Source of the DNA: Coprothermobacterota bacterium
GTDB taxonomy: Bacteria > Coprothermobacterota > Coprothermobacteria > Coprothermobacterales > Coprothermobacteraceae
Reading direction: 5' to 3'
Assembly (NCBI GenBank): GCA_036679065.1
Contig: JAZIGN010000003.1
Location: 352,001 to 416,000 of the forward strand
DNA: 64,000 bases
Shown here: positions 29,060 through 38,823 of the stretch, in pieces
How the letters are laid out: every line of letters begins with the position of its first letter
How positions within the stretch are numbered: the first letter of the stretch is position 1
The notes under the pieces: model-generated
The model's database searches: none
Told to the model about the DNA's origin: nothing
Seen by the model: the letters and a program-made list of their open reading frames with translations, nothing else
Position numbers and translations under genes: made by a program

Positions 29060-30260
29060 TCGTTACCTTCCTTTCCATACCAGAAAGGCCATGCATGACC
29101 AGCTCTAGAACCGTTAAAACTGAATTATCGTTAATTTCTTTGCATTCATCCAAAACAAACCACTTAATGCCAGTAGTGTGTGAGACTCCCATGAGGATGT
29201 AAGCAAGCACTTCTGGGTCCATTGGTCTTATCTGTTTGCTTTCCATGGCTTGGGCTAGACCTTTTGTGTAGCCCTCAGCCAATCGTGTGTAATACCAAAT
29301 ACCGATGCTAGGTTCGACGAACTCTGCTTCTCGAACTATGCGGTATGCTGGCCCCATGTTTTTGAATAGGTGGTAAAAAGCCTGGAATCCCACGTTTTCT
29401 ATGGTTCTGCGGTCTGTTAAAGCATCTTGGTAAATGCGTGAGGTCTTCCTGAGCGTGTGGTTTACGTACTTGACAATTTCTGCTAAGAGTTCCGTCTTGC
29501 TTTCAAAGTAAAGGTAAAAGGTACCTAGGCCAACACCGGCTTCAGACGTGATTTCTGTTAGCTGTGTTTTTTCAAACCCCTTTTCCCCAAAGAGTTTTTC
29601 TCCGGCCTTGAGTAATTGGTACTTCGTCCGTTCCCCGCGAGAAGCAAATTGGGGTTCCTGGCTCTCCATGGGTTTTTCGGGAACTATGAATGGGGTAAAA
29701 GTTCCGTCGATGTCAATTCCCTTGTCCAGAAAGACTTTTACTGTTTCTAATTCTTGGTCGATGTCTTCTTTGTTCTCCCAGATTAGATTCTTTATCACCA
29801 CAAAGTAAACACTGCCTAAAAGTGCATAAGCCAGAGTTTCCAAGTCGTACAGCTTTGAAAAATCTCTTGGAAGAGCTTTAGCGATGAGGTGAGTGATTCT
29901 TTGATAGTAATCTCTGATCAAATCTTTTTCGACAAATTCCACCTCTCTGAAGGTGTCATAAAGGTCTTTGTGGCTTCTTATGTAATCTTTATAGGTTACA
30001 AGGATATTGATAACGTTTTGCAGAAGACTTCCTTCGAAGGATATATGCTGACGGATTTCCTCTTCAAGTCCGTCACGATAGGTAACGGCCAGCTCGTTGA
30101 AAATGTCTTCTTTGTTTGCAAAGTAGTAATAAACCAGTGAAGTTCGGACACCCAAACGTTTAGCAATCTCATTTACCGAGCTGTTGCCATAGCGACGCTC
30201 TCTGAATACCTCCAGTGCGGTTCCCAGTATTAGGTCCCTGGTCTTCTTGCCTTTCCCCAT
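29037..30260 (-). CDS. Tandem (double) TetR-family regulator
   Basis: Two HTH units: IAKRLGVRTSLVYYYFANKE and ITSEAGVGLGTFYLYFESK. Confidence 0.9.
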   Translation of the reverse strand: MGKGKKTRDLILGTALEVFRERRYGNSSVNEIAKRLGVRTSLVYYYFANKEDIFNELAVTYRDGLEEEIRQHISFEGSLLQNVINILVTYKDYIRSHKDLYDTFREVEFVEKDLIRDYYQRITHLIAKALPRDFSKLYDLETLAYALLGSVYFVVIKNLIWENKEDIDQELETVKVFLDKGIDIDGTFTPFIVPEKPMESQEPQFASRGERTKYQLLKAGEKLFGEKGFEKTQLTEITSEAGVGLGTFYLYFESKTELLAEIVKYVNHTLRKTSRIYQDALTDRRTIENVGFQAFYHLFKNMGPAYRIVREAEFVEPSIGIWYYTRLAEGYTKGLAQAMESKQIRPMDPEVLAYILMGVSHTTGIKWFVLDECKEINDNSVLTVLELVMHGLSGMERKVTNELQRNL

Positions 30261-31216
30261 TAGCTTCGTTCTCCTTCTTCCTTCTTGAATAATTTATTAA
30301 TCCTCATTATAAGTTCAGAGAGCCCTCGGGGTAAGAACAGGACGACCAGAATCAAGACAACGCCAAACAAAACTCCAGCCATGGCTTCCAGTTTTGTACC
30401 AAATAGTCTGGGGACAATGACCCACAGGGCGGAACCGAGCACAGGGCCCCACAAGGTACCAATACCTCCAATGATGGTAATAGCAAGAAACTCAATGGAC
30501 AAGCCAAATCCGAACATGTCTGGGTGCAAATATGAAAGAGAATGACCATACATGGCACCAGCGACGCCGGCCAAGAAAGAAGAGATGACAAAAGCTAGGA
30601 CCTTGTAGTAGGAAATGTTTATGCCAAACACTTTTGCTGCAACCTCCGAATCTCTCATTGCCCTAAAAGCCATACCTGTCTTGCTTTTGAGCAGGTTGTT
30701 CACCAAAAAGATGGTTAGTAACAAGATAGCCAGATAGAGATAATACTTTGCGAATTCACTGCTGAATTGGTAGCCAAAAATGGTGACGGGAGGGACGTTG
30801 GTGAGACCCCTGTCAGCTCCAAGAATTTCCATCCTTTTTATGACGTCGGTTACGGCAGTTCCAAGGGCCATGGTTGCAATGGCAAGATAGAATCCCTTGA
30901 GTCTTAGGGCTGGAAAGCCTATGATCAAACCGAAAAGACCTGCCAAAAGACCACCTGCTAACACACTAACAATGGATGGAATTCCATACCGGATCATGAG
31001 GATGGCAGAGGTGTAGCCACCAATTCCCATGAAGGCTGCATGACCTAAAGAGATCTGGCCAGCTACCCCAAGTAGCAAGTTCAGACCAACTGCAGAAACG
31101 GCGTAAATGATGGCTAGGTTTATATAGGCAACAATGGAGGGCCGCGCATTGAATACTAAGGGGATGAGGAGTGCCAAGATCAAAAGTAAGAAAGGAAGAA
31201 TTTTCTTTTTCATCAT
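30260..31216 (-). CDS. livM: Branched-chain-type ABC permease (LivM-like)
   Basis: GQISLGHAAF and RLKGFYLAIATM. Confidence 0.9.
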   Translation of the reverse strand: MMKKKILPFLLLILALLIPLVFNARPSIVAYINLAIIYAVSAVGLNLLLGVAGQISLGHAAFMGIGGYTSAILMIRYGIPSIVSVLAGGLLAGLFGLIIGFPALRLKGFYLAIATMALGTAVTDVIKRMEILGADRGLTNVPPVTIFGYQFSSEFAKYYLYLAILLLTIFLVNNLLKSKTGMAFRAMRDSEVAAKVFGINISYYKVLAFVISSFLAGVAGAMYGHSLSYLHPDMFGFGLSIEFLAITIIGGIGTLWGPVLGSALWVIVPRLFGTKLEAMAGVLFGVVLILVVLFLPRGLSELIMRINKLFKKEEGERS

Positions 31217-32073
31217 GACCTCCCTGCCTCACGGCTTCCAAACAGCCCATTTGGAAGGAAAAGCAGTATGGCAACAATGAGCAGCAAGGAAAAGCTTTCC
31301 TTTATGGCTGGCACGTAGTAGGCAACTAAGTTCTCCATAACACCCAGAATCAGACCTCCCCAAATGGCACCAGTTACTGAATTCATGCCACCGAGAACAG
31401 CCGCTGTGAATGCTTTTAGTTGTACTACTACCATGAAGAGCGGCTGAAGGGAAAGTCTAGGGGCAGTCATTATTCCAGCTAGACCAGCCAGTCCAAAACT
31501 TATTGCCCATATGAATGAATGAATTCGATTAATGGGGATTCCGAGTACGCGGGACGCATATTCGTCGTCAGCTATGCTTCGAGCCGCAATACCGATTTTT
31601 GTTCGGTACAGTATGAAGGAAAGTATGCCAAAAACAACAAGAGCTGTGACCAAGCACAAGATATCCTGACGATCCAGAATGACGGAGCCGAAATGCACGG
31701 GGTCACCTGGTATGAGCGGTGGGAATAACAGCGGAATGTTCCCAAAGAATGTGGCCACTATGCCTTCAAAAATCATGGTCAGTCCCAGTGTGATGATCAT
31801 CATTCCCAGATGCGAACTTTTCTTTGCTTTAGAGATAAGCCCCTTGTAAACCAAATATCCTAGCACGGCTCCCGCAACAATAACGATGGGCAGAGTGAGT
31901 GATGGGGCGATGCCTCTTAAAATGAAGAAAAAAGCAATGTAGGTAAGAAACATGCCAGTATCCCCTTGAGCGAAGTTCATCACGTTTGTAGTAGACAATA
32001 TGAGTACGATGCCCACTGCTGTCAAACTGTAGATGGAACCCGTGGCTAGTCCTCTAAGAACGAGATTAAACAT
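31213..32073 (-). CDS. livH: Branched-chain-type ABC permease (LivH-like)
   Basis: GSIYSLTAVG, MNFAQG and AAVLGGM. Confidence 0.9.
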   Translation of the reverse strand: MFNLVLRGLATGSIYSLTAVGIVLILSTTNVMNFAQGDTGMFLTYIAFFFILRGIAPSLTLPIVIVAGAVLGYLVYKGLISKAKKSSHLGMMIITLGLTMIFEGIVATFFGNIPLLFPPLIPGDPVHFGSVILDRQDILCLVTALVVFGILSFILYRTKIGIAARSIADDEYASRVLGIPINRIHSFIWAISFGLAGLAGIMTAPRLSLQPLFMVVVQLKAFTAAVLGGMNSVTGAIWGGLILGVMENLVAYYVPAIKESFSLLLIVAILLFLPNGLFGSREAGRS

Positions 32074-32779
32074 TTTGCCCTCCCAAATAAAGTTTTCTTA
32101 CCTCGGGGTTTTCTTTAAGTTCGTCAGAAGTACCAGAAAGAACTATTCGTCCTAAGACCATGACGTAACCAGTATCTGAAATATCTAAGGCTTTACGGGC
32201 ATTTTGTTCCACTAGTAAGACCTGTACCCCTTCTTGTTGAGCAAGACTTTTCACTGTTTGGAAGATTTCAGAAACAAGTATGGGGGCTAAGCCAAGAGAT
32301 GGCTCATCCAACAGAAGGAGCCTGGGCTTTGCCATGAGGCCTCTTGCAATGGCTAGCATTTGTTGTTCCCCTCCTGATAAATTTCCGCCCTTTTGATTGA
32401 TGCGTTCTTTAAGTGCTGGGAAGAGTTTTAGTACTTGGTCGAGAGTCTCCTTGTTTCCCTTGTCACTTCTGAAATAACCTCCCAAGAGCAGGTTCTCTCT
32501 TACTGTAAGGTTCGGAAAGATGTGCCGTCCCTCTGGTACGTGGACTATTCCCATTTTGGCAATTTGCGAAGTACTCATTCTGGAGATGTCTTTGCCGTCA
32601 AATAATATCGAACCTTTCCAAGGTTTCAATATGCCTGAAATTGTTTTAATTAATGTTGATTTCCCAGCACCGTTAGCCCCTAATACAGTAACAATGCGGG
32701 AGTCTTTGAAATCCAGGTTAACGTCGTGAAGCACTTCTACGGGTCCATATCCTGTGGTGAGGTCTATGATCTTGAGCAT
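32066..32779 (-). CDS. livF: ABC ATPase (LivF-like)
   Basis: GANGAGKS, VPEGR, LSGGEQQM and DEPSLGLAP. Confidence 0.93.
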   Translation of the reverse strand: MLKIIDLTTGYGPVEVLHDVNLDFKDSRIVTVLGANGAGKSTLIKTISGILKPWKGSILFDGKDISRMSTSQIAKMGIVHVPEGRHIFPNLTVRENLLLGGYFRSDKGNKETLDQVLKLFPALKERINQKGGNLSGGEQQMLAIARGLMAKPRLLLLDEPSLGLAPILVSEIFQTVKSLAQQEGVQVLLVEQNARKALDISDTGYVMVLGRIVLSGTSDELKENPEVRKLYLGGQNV

Positions 32780-33522
32780 TAGTCCACCCCCAAATAAGCT
32801 TCAATGACTTGAGGATCAGCAGAAATTTCTTGTGGCTTTCCTTCAGCTATTTTTTGTCCAAAATTCATAACCGTAACCACATCAGATATGTCCATAACAA
32901 CACCCATGTCATGCTCCACTATGAGAACCGTTAAACCTTTTGCTTTAATGGCCTTCATCAAGTTCTTTAGATTTTCCTTCTCAGCTGAAGTTAAGCCAGC
33001 CGCTGGTTCGTCCAGCAAGAGCAATTTGGGATTTGAAACCAATGCCCTTGCTAGTTCCACAAGTTTTTGAACACCGTAAGGAAGAAATAGGGGATAAGCT
33101 TTTAGATAGGGTAGAAGTCCAGTAAGAGCAGCCACTTCATAGATCTTGTCGTTGACTTCTTTTTGAGAATACACATCGAAACCAAGTAGGTCCTGGTAAA
33201 GGTGGCTTTCAAGGAAAGGGTGTAATCCCATTTTTATGTTTTCTTCAACAGTCATGGAATAGAAGATGTTCAGATTCTGGAAAGTCCTCGACAGACCCAA
33301 GGATAGTAATTCATGGGTGCTCTTCATCCTGAGGTCTTGGTTGAGGAAAGTTATTCTGCCCGTGTATGGAACTAATTTGAAGACTGCGTTGAAAACTGTG
33401 GTCTTGCCAGCGCCGTTAGGCCCAATGAGTGAATGAATATTTCCTTGTTCTACCTTCATGGATAAGTTGTTAACAGCGACAAGGCTTTGGAATTTCACGG
33501 TTAAGTTTTCAATGGAAAGCAT
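32779..33522 (-). CDS. livG: ABC ATPase (LivG-like)
   Basis: GPNGAGKT, RTFQN, LPYG and DEPAAG. Confidence 0.93.
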   Translation of the reverse strand: MLSIENLTVKFQSLVAVNNLSMKVEQGNIHSLIGPNGAGKTTVFNAVFKLVPYTGRITFLNQDLRMKSTHELLSLGLSRTFQNLNIFYSMTVEENIKMGLHPFLESHLYQDLLGFDVYSQKEVNDKIYEVAALTGLLPYLKAYPLFLPYGVQKLVELARALVSNPKLLLLDEPAAGLTSAEKENLKNLMKAIKAKGLTVLIVEHDMGVVMDISDVVTVMNFGQKIAEGKPQEISADPQVIEAYLGVD

Positions 33523-33577
33523 GAATATCTCCTTTCCTCAAGTCATCATGCACATGCATGGCTATGCTTTCCCGTGC

Positions 33578-33599
33578 AGAGGGGGCTATAGCCCCCTCT
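33578..33599 (-). terminator. Intra-operon hairpin after the substrate-binding protein gene
   Basis: AGAGGGGGCTATAGCCCCCTCT is a perfect 22-bp palindrome without a U tract, so it may be a stabiliser or partial terminator. Confidence 0.55.
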
Positions 33600-33623
33600 A
33601 TTCTGTTTGGGGTATTCACTAAA

Positions 33624-35240
33624 TTACTCCCGCACGGATATCCAATCGCTAATCTTTACAAGTTCCTTGTTTTTCACTGTCATGAAATAAAGTGAATACT
33701 TACCTGCGCGCTCATTAGGTCCGTAAGAAATGTCTTTGGCCACATAACCGTTCCAGCCATTGAATGTTTCTAACGCCCATACTATGGCGTCTCGTGTGGG
33801 ATATTGCCCAGCTCTGCGTAACGCTTCCACGAATATCTCTGCTGCTACGAAGCCAGCAACAGCATAAGAGAAGGTGAGTGGGTCGTCATTTGGATAATAC
33901 TTGCCCCAGATCTCGAAGAATTTTTGTACTCCAGGATCGTTTAAGTTGGAAAAGTCCACCCAACCAGTTATGTACACGCCCTCAGCAGCATCGCCAGCCA
34001 TGGCAGTAATTCCCGCATAAGAATATGGCAGGATGATTTTCTGAGTGAGACCCAGTGATTTTGCAGTTTTAACGGCGTTTGCTCCAGCAGATGTATTCGC
34101 AGGTGCATAGAGGAAAATAACTTCAGCACCAGAATTCTTAATCCTGGTTAAATAAGAAGTGAAGTCGGTTTCTGTGCCAGGGAAAGAGGATGAGTAGACC
34201 AGACTTCCACCATATTTCTTTACGCCTTCTTGTACGCCCTGAGCACCTTCTTTGCCGGCATCATCGTTTTGGTACAGGAGCGCAAATTTACTTGTGTTCA
34301 GGTTTTGCCTAGCGAATTTCACAAATGCTTGACCTTCGGTCATGTAGTTGGGCTGCACTGCAAAGACGTACTTCTTTGGTGGATAGGCGAAGGCAGAAGC
34401 ACCACCACCTTGATACACGAAGGGAACACCTTTCTCATTGAGGTAATCCATGACTGCTAGGCAACCTGGGGTGCCAAGACCGCCTACTACGGCGAATACT
34501 TTATCTTCTTCAACAAATTTCTTTACTGCTGGAACAGTAAGCGCTGGATTCATTTGGTCGTCAGCAATGATCACTTTTATTTTTCTTCCGTTAACACCAC
34601 CCTGGTCATTTATCCAGTTGATGTAGGATTGTAAACCGTGATAAAATGGGATTCCAATTACTGCTAATGGCCCAGATAGTGCCGAAAAAGAACCTATCTT
34701 GATTTCCTTGTCAGTGATCCCGGGGATGGCATAGCTTGGTTTTGCACTAACATAGATCATTTTCTTTTGCGCTTCGTAGTAAACATTAAGGCCCAAAGCC
34801 TCTGAGATGAAACGTACGGGTACCATGGTTCTAGAGTTCTTTATGTAGGGGGCAGCGTCTAAGGTGTATGCTTTCCCGTCCACAGTTGCCGAAGTCTTGC
34901 CTATAGTGAGTTGTATGGTTTTTCCGTCAGATTTGATGGTCACGGTTTTGGTTGCTGGATCCCATCCCACATTTGCTCCGAATGCTTCGGCTATGAACCT
35001 CACGGGGACAAATGTTCTCGCATTTATGATCTCTGGAGCGACTTCCATTTGATAGCTCATGCCGTTAAGCTGATACCATTTAAACCCCACCGCCATGACC
35101 AAGAACATCTCTTTTTGGGCTTTTGCTTTAGGTACTCCTACAAGGAAACCCATACAGAGTGCCACTACGAGAAGGGAGGCGAACAGTTTCTTTAAGTTAC
35201 TGAAGTTCTCTCCTAACAGAGTCTTTAAGACTCTTTTCAT
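33624..35240 (-). CDS. Copper-amine-oxidase-N (stalk) domain fused to a LivJ/K-type substrate-binding protein
   Basis: RTFVPVRFIAEAFGA and RTMVPVRFISEALG, then GITDKEIKIG...LSGP...GGVNGRKI...DD. Confidence 0.9.
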   Translation of the reverse strand: MKRVLKTLLGENFSNLKKLFASLLVVALCMGFLVGVPKAKAQKEMFLVMAVGFKWYQLNGMSYQMEVAPEIINARTFVPVRFIAEAFGANVGWDPATKTVTIKSDGKTIQLTIGKTSATVDGKAYTLDAAPYIKNSRTMVPVRFISEALGLNVYYEAQKKMIYVSAKPSYAIPGITDKEIKIGSFSALSGPLAVIGIPFYHGLQSYINWINDQGGVNGRKIKVIIADDQMNPALTVPAVKKFVEEDKVFAVVGGLGTPGCLAVMDYLNEKGVPFVYQGGGASAFAYPPKKYVFAVQPNYMTEGQAFVKFARQNLNTSKFALLYQNDDAGKEGAQGVQEGVKKYGGSLVYSSSFPGTETDFTSYLTRIKNSGAEVIFLYAPANTSAGANAVKTAKSLGLTQKIILPYSYAGITAMAGDAAEGVYITGWVDFSNLNDPGVQKFFEIWGKYYPNDDPLTFSYAVAGFVAAEIFVEALRRAGQYPTRDAIVWALETFNGWNGYVAKDISYGPNERAGKYSLYFMTVKNKELVKISDWISVRE

Positions 35241-35272
35241 TTTATTTTCCCGCCTTTCTTCTTTACTCTTTT

Positions 35273-36016
35273 TCAGAGAACCAATCCTCCATCGACGTGG
35301 AGGACATGTCCCGTAATGAAGGAAGCTTCGTCAGAAATGAGGAACAGAATCGCGTTAGCGACTTCCTTTGGTTCGCCCATGCGCCCCATGGGTGTTTTAC
35401 CTATCATCTGGTCGAGAACTTTTTCAGGTACTTTGTCAGTCATGGGGGTCTTTATAAAGCCTGGTGCAACAGCATTCACTCTCATACCCTTTTTTGCGAA
35501 CTCTTTAGCCCAAGTTTTGGTGAGTCCAATTACACCTGCTTTACTGGCTGCGTAATTGGTCTGTCCAATGTTGCCGTAAACTCCTACCACAGAAGAAATG
35601 TTTACTATGCAGCCGGAACCTCGTTCCATCATGTGAGGGGCAACTGCTTTGGTACAGTAGAAAGTACCTGTTAAATTTACGGCTATGACTCTGTCCCAAT
35701 CCTCGATAGGCATCTTGGTTAAGAAGTTATCCCTGGTTATTCCAGCTATGTTTGTTAAGGCGTCTACTTTGCCGAAATCGTTTATGACTTGTTCGACTGC
35801 ATTCGAGACCTGTTCAAAGTTCGATACATCTACTTTGTAGGATTTGCATTGTACGCCAAGGTTCTTTATCTCTTCTTCAAGTGGCTTTAAGTTTGTTTCG
35901 TCAATGTCAAATAGAGCTACATGGCCTCCTTCGCGAGCCACAGCTAGTGCTGTTTCTCTGCCGATACCACCACTGGCTCCAGTTATGATAACGACTTTGT
36001 CTCTTACACGTTCCAT
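35273..36016 (-). CDS. fabG: SDR 3-oxoacyl reductase (FabG/PhaB-like)
   Basis: TGASGGIG, AGITRD, YAASK and VAPGFI. Confidence 0.9.
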   Translation of the reverse strand: MERVRDKVVIITGASGGIGRETALAVAREGGHVALFDIDETNLKPLEEEIKNLGVQCKSYKVDVSNFEQVSNAVEQVINDFGKVDALTNIAGITRDNFLTKMPIEDWDRVIAVNLTGTFYCTKAVAPHMMERGSGCIVNISSVVGVYGNIGQTNYAASKAGVIGLTKTWAKEFAKKGMRVNAVAPGFIKTPMTDKVPEKVLDQMIGKTPMGRMGEPKEVANAILFLISDEASFITGHVLHVDGGLVL

Positions 36017-36043
36017 GCGTTTTCCCCCTTTACTTGGTTTTAC

Positions 36044-37033
36044 TCATACCCACCTGAACAAGGCAGAGCTCATTACGTAGCCCACTCCTGAAGTGCAGAA
36101 CGCTACCAGGTCACCTTTCTTTATCTTTCCTTCATTTAGCGCGTCTTCAAGTGCCATGAAGGCACAAGCAGAACCTGTATACCCGTACTTATGCATAATC
36201 CAGTGTGTTTTTTCAAGTGGTAAGCCTAGGTTTTCCATGGTCTGTTCAATATCGGCTAGGCGAACCTGGGTAAGAATTACCATATCTAGGTCTTTCTCAG
36301 TGTACCCAGCTTTTTTGAGACTCTTCCTAATCACGTCAGGCCAGTGGCCGTAGTTTACATCAGGTGGATACTTGTGAAAGTTTGGGTGGAACCTGAGTAA
36401 GTGTTCTTTCTTTTCCACCATCTCCTTCGTTACTGGGTACTTTGTCCCCACATATACACCGTATCCATCCCAGTACTGTCCGTCAGCCACAATGGTTGAA
36501 GTGATGTAACCTGGCTCATCGCTCACTGTTACTATGGCCGCTGAAGCGCCATCGCCAAGCATGGGGGCCAGCACCTTGTTGTCCCAGTCAAGCCACTTAG
36601 ACATGGCATATGGGGCGACCACAAGTACATTGTTTATGGTTTTGTCCAACATAATATGCTGAGACGCAATGCTGAGCCCAATGGTGGCGTCGGCGCATGC
36701 CCCGTTTATGTCGAACGCTCCGGCATTTGAAGCGCCTAGTTTGTAAGCAATGGCAGGTGCAGTGGGCGGTGTAACGTAGTCGGGAGTGTCAGTTGTCATT
36801 ATAAGCAAGTCAATATCTTCAGGTTTCATGTTGGCTTTTTCCAAAGCTGTTTCTGCTGCTTTTACTCCCATATCTGAGGCGCATTCATTCTCGGCAGCAA
36901 TATGCCTTAGGGTGATTCCAGATAAATATGTGCTTACGTCGAATCCATAGCGTTCGCTGAGTTCTTCATTAGTAATAACTTTCTCAGGCAAATACATGCC
37001 CGTGGCCAGTATTTTCGCGTACCGCTGTTCCAT
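36044..37033 (-). CDS. FabH/KAS III-fold enzyme with a non-canonical active site
   Basis: AFDINGAC (catalytic Cys) and GDGA are kept, but LTQVR replaces PHQAN and YGYTGSAC replaces YGNTSAAS. Confidence 0.88.
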   Translation of the reverse strand: MEQRYAKILATGMYLPEKVITNEELSERYGFDVSTYLSGITLRHIAAENECASDMGVKAAETALEKANMKPEDIDLLIMTTDTPDYVTPPTAPAIAYKLGASNAGAFDINGACADATIGLSIASQHIMLDKTINNVLVVAPYAMSKWLDWDNKVLAPMLGDGASAAIVTVSDEPGYITSTIVADGQYWDGYGVYVGTKYPVTKEMVEKKEHLLRFHPNFHKYPPDVNYGHWPDVIRKSLKKAGYTEKDLDMVILTQVRLADIEQTMENLGLPLEKTHWIMHKYGYTGSACAFMALEDALNEGKIKKGDLVAFCTSGVGYVMSSALFRWV

Positions 37034-37053
37034 TTACAATCCACCTCCAATAG

Positions 37054-38115
37054 TTACATGTTGTCCGAAATAAAATTCCTCAACGTGGCGACAAACTCTC
37101 CTGGTTTTTCAATGTGAGGAGAATGAGCCACATCTTTGACAACGACTTCGTAGTACTTACCTCCATTTGACTTGTAATCCTCAAGAACTTTACGTGTCTG
37201 TTTAAGCATGGGCTGTGGCGGACAAACTTCGACGCCTGGGTAACCAGGTACAAGTCCCAGCTTACCGAGCGTTGCTATGTTGAAAAACGATTCATCAGCT
37301 ACCACAGTATCGTGAGATCCTCGGATCCACAGTATGGGTGGTTTAACTGGCAAATCCACAATGGAGCTTGCGTTAAAGTACTTAGGAGACATAGCATTCA
37401 GTGGGCCAAATTTTCCCGGAGCAGTGAATGGCCAATTCGGTGATGGTACGAAATCTCCTGGATAAGCTTTCTCCCCGGTTTTGATTAGCAACAGTGAAAG
37501 GAGCAGATCTTTCTCTCTTTTTGCTCTGAAAGGTGGTTTGAAGTAGAAGTTATTCATGATAAACAATGGGGAAGCTTGGTCTTTCTCTGTTGTGTCGTGT
37601 TCTTTTATTCTCTGAATGAAATCCGGATTCACAGTACCCCCACCTGAACCAGCATAGTCCTCATAACAAGGAATTCCATTCTCGGTTTTGGTGCCACCAA
37701 AACCGTAAGGAGAGACAGGACAAATGAGTGTTAAACTGAGCACTTTGTCGGGGTGATCAAGGAGAAACTGCATTGCCGCTCCTCCTCCCATGGACCAACC
37801 GACAATGTGCAGCTTTTCGATGTTCATGGTGTCCAGAAGGGACGATAGATCATCAGACCAATCACACATTCCTCTGGTAGCATCGACCACTTTATCTTCG
37901 GTTTGCCCATACCCTCTTAGGTCAGGAGCGAAGCAGAAAAACTGATCGCTCAGGTCTACCATCACTTCTTCAAAAAAGGTTGGTCCAGATAAGTTTCCGT
38001 GAATAAACATGATTGGAGTGGCATCGCGGTTCTTGTTGAAATGGACGTGCATGTTGATGCGTTCCGTTTCAACAAATGTGGCTTCAATACCCTCGAGAAC
38101 TGACGGAAGTTCCAC
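37054..38115 (-). CDS. Alpha/beta hydrolase with GWSMG nucleophile motif (PhaZ-like esterase)
   Basis: FIHGN, APDLRGYG, GWSMGG and HSPH. Start set to GTG 38115 after RBS GGAGGTG. Confidence 0.88.
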   Translation of the reverse strand: MELPSVLEGIEATFVETERINMHVHFNKNRDATPIMFIHGNLSGPTFFEEVMVDLSDQFFCFAPDLRGYGQTEDKVVDATRGMCDWSDDLSSLLDTMNIEKLHIVGWSMGGGAAMQFLLDHPDKVLSLTLICPVSPYGFGGTKTENGIPCYEDYAGSGGGTVNPDFIQRIKEHDTTEKDQASPLFIMNNFYFKPPFRAKREKDLLLSLLLIKTGEKAYPGDFVPSPNWPFTAPGKFGPLNAMSPKYFNASSIVDLPVKPPILWIRGSHDTVVADESFFNIATLGKLGLVPGYPGVEVCPPQPMLKQTRKVLEDYKSNGGKYYEVVVKDVAHSPHIEKPGEFVATLRNFISDNM

Positions 38116-38145
38116 AAAAAGCACCTCCTTCCTCACACGTGTTTT

Positions 38146-38207
38146 TGATAGGTGAGTCACCTATCACATAACAATGTAATTTTAAATCAATTTTGTGTAA
38201 TTGTCAA
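38146..38207 (-). promoter_or_regulatory. sigma70 promoter with a downstream perfect 10-1-10 operator (probable TetR site)
   Basis: Minus-strand TTGACA(38207-38202)-17 bp-TAAAAT(38184-38179). TGATAGGTGA-G-TCACCTATCA at 38146-38166. Confidence 0.85.
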
Positions 38208-38823
38208 CATACTATTGTCTGTTTAGAAATGTACTTAACATACATAAACTCGAAAAGAAGCCGGCTAGACGTATTAGGGCGATGCACGGCGAAAGTTTTT
38301 GCAAATAATATGATCGTGTCTTTTTTGATTACAGTACTCTAAATCAGGCACCGTTAATTAATCGTAACCACGTAGATTGATGGAACCTGCAAAGCGTGAG
38401 CAAGATTGACAAAAGCAAAAAAGGTAGAATTGCCATTTCCAAGTTCGACAATTGTGCAGTTGTCCTGGTTTGGTTGATGGAATCAGTGTTGCGGAAATCA
38501 GGAATACTGTGACCATATAGGGAGAGTTGCAATGAACACACACAGAATAAGCAATACCATTTCCAGTACTATACCTCCTATTAAAGATATAAACGTTTGG
38601 CGAGGTTTGGTGCTAAGCAGCAGGCAGTTTCATGTGCTAATGCGCTAATCCTTGTTAATGGGGCAGTGTTTTTGTATTTGTTACTGTTACATGATGAACA
38701 GACACTGCAGTACCCAGAATTGCTACTCCCAGGATAGACGAACGCCTGTTTGTTTGATTCAAAAATGTAATCACTGAATTCTAGATGTTATGCACTCACA
38801 TGGTGAAAAGTAGCGGCTGTCCT

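Noticed and set aside
38344..38580. Minus-strand RBS plus signal-peptide-like start (MVLLILCVFIATLP) and two short ORFs
   Set aside because: Stops after 20 codons with no recognisable family; at most an unidentifiable relic.
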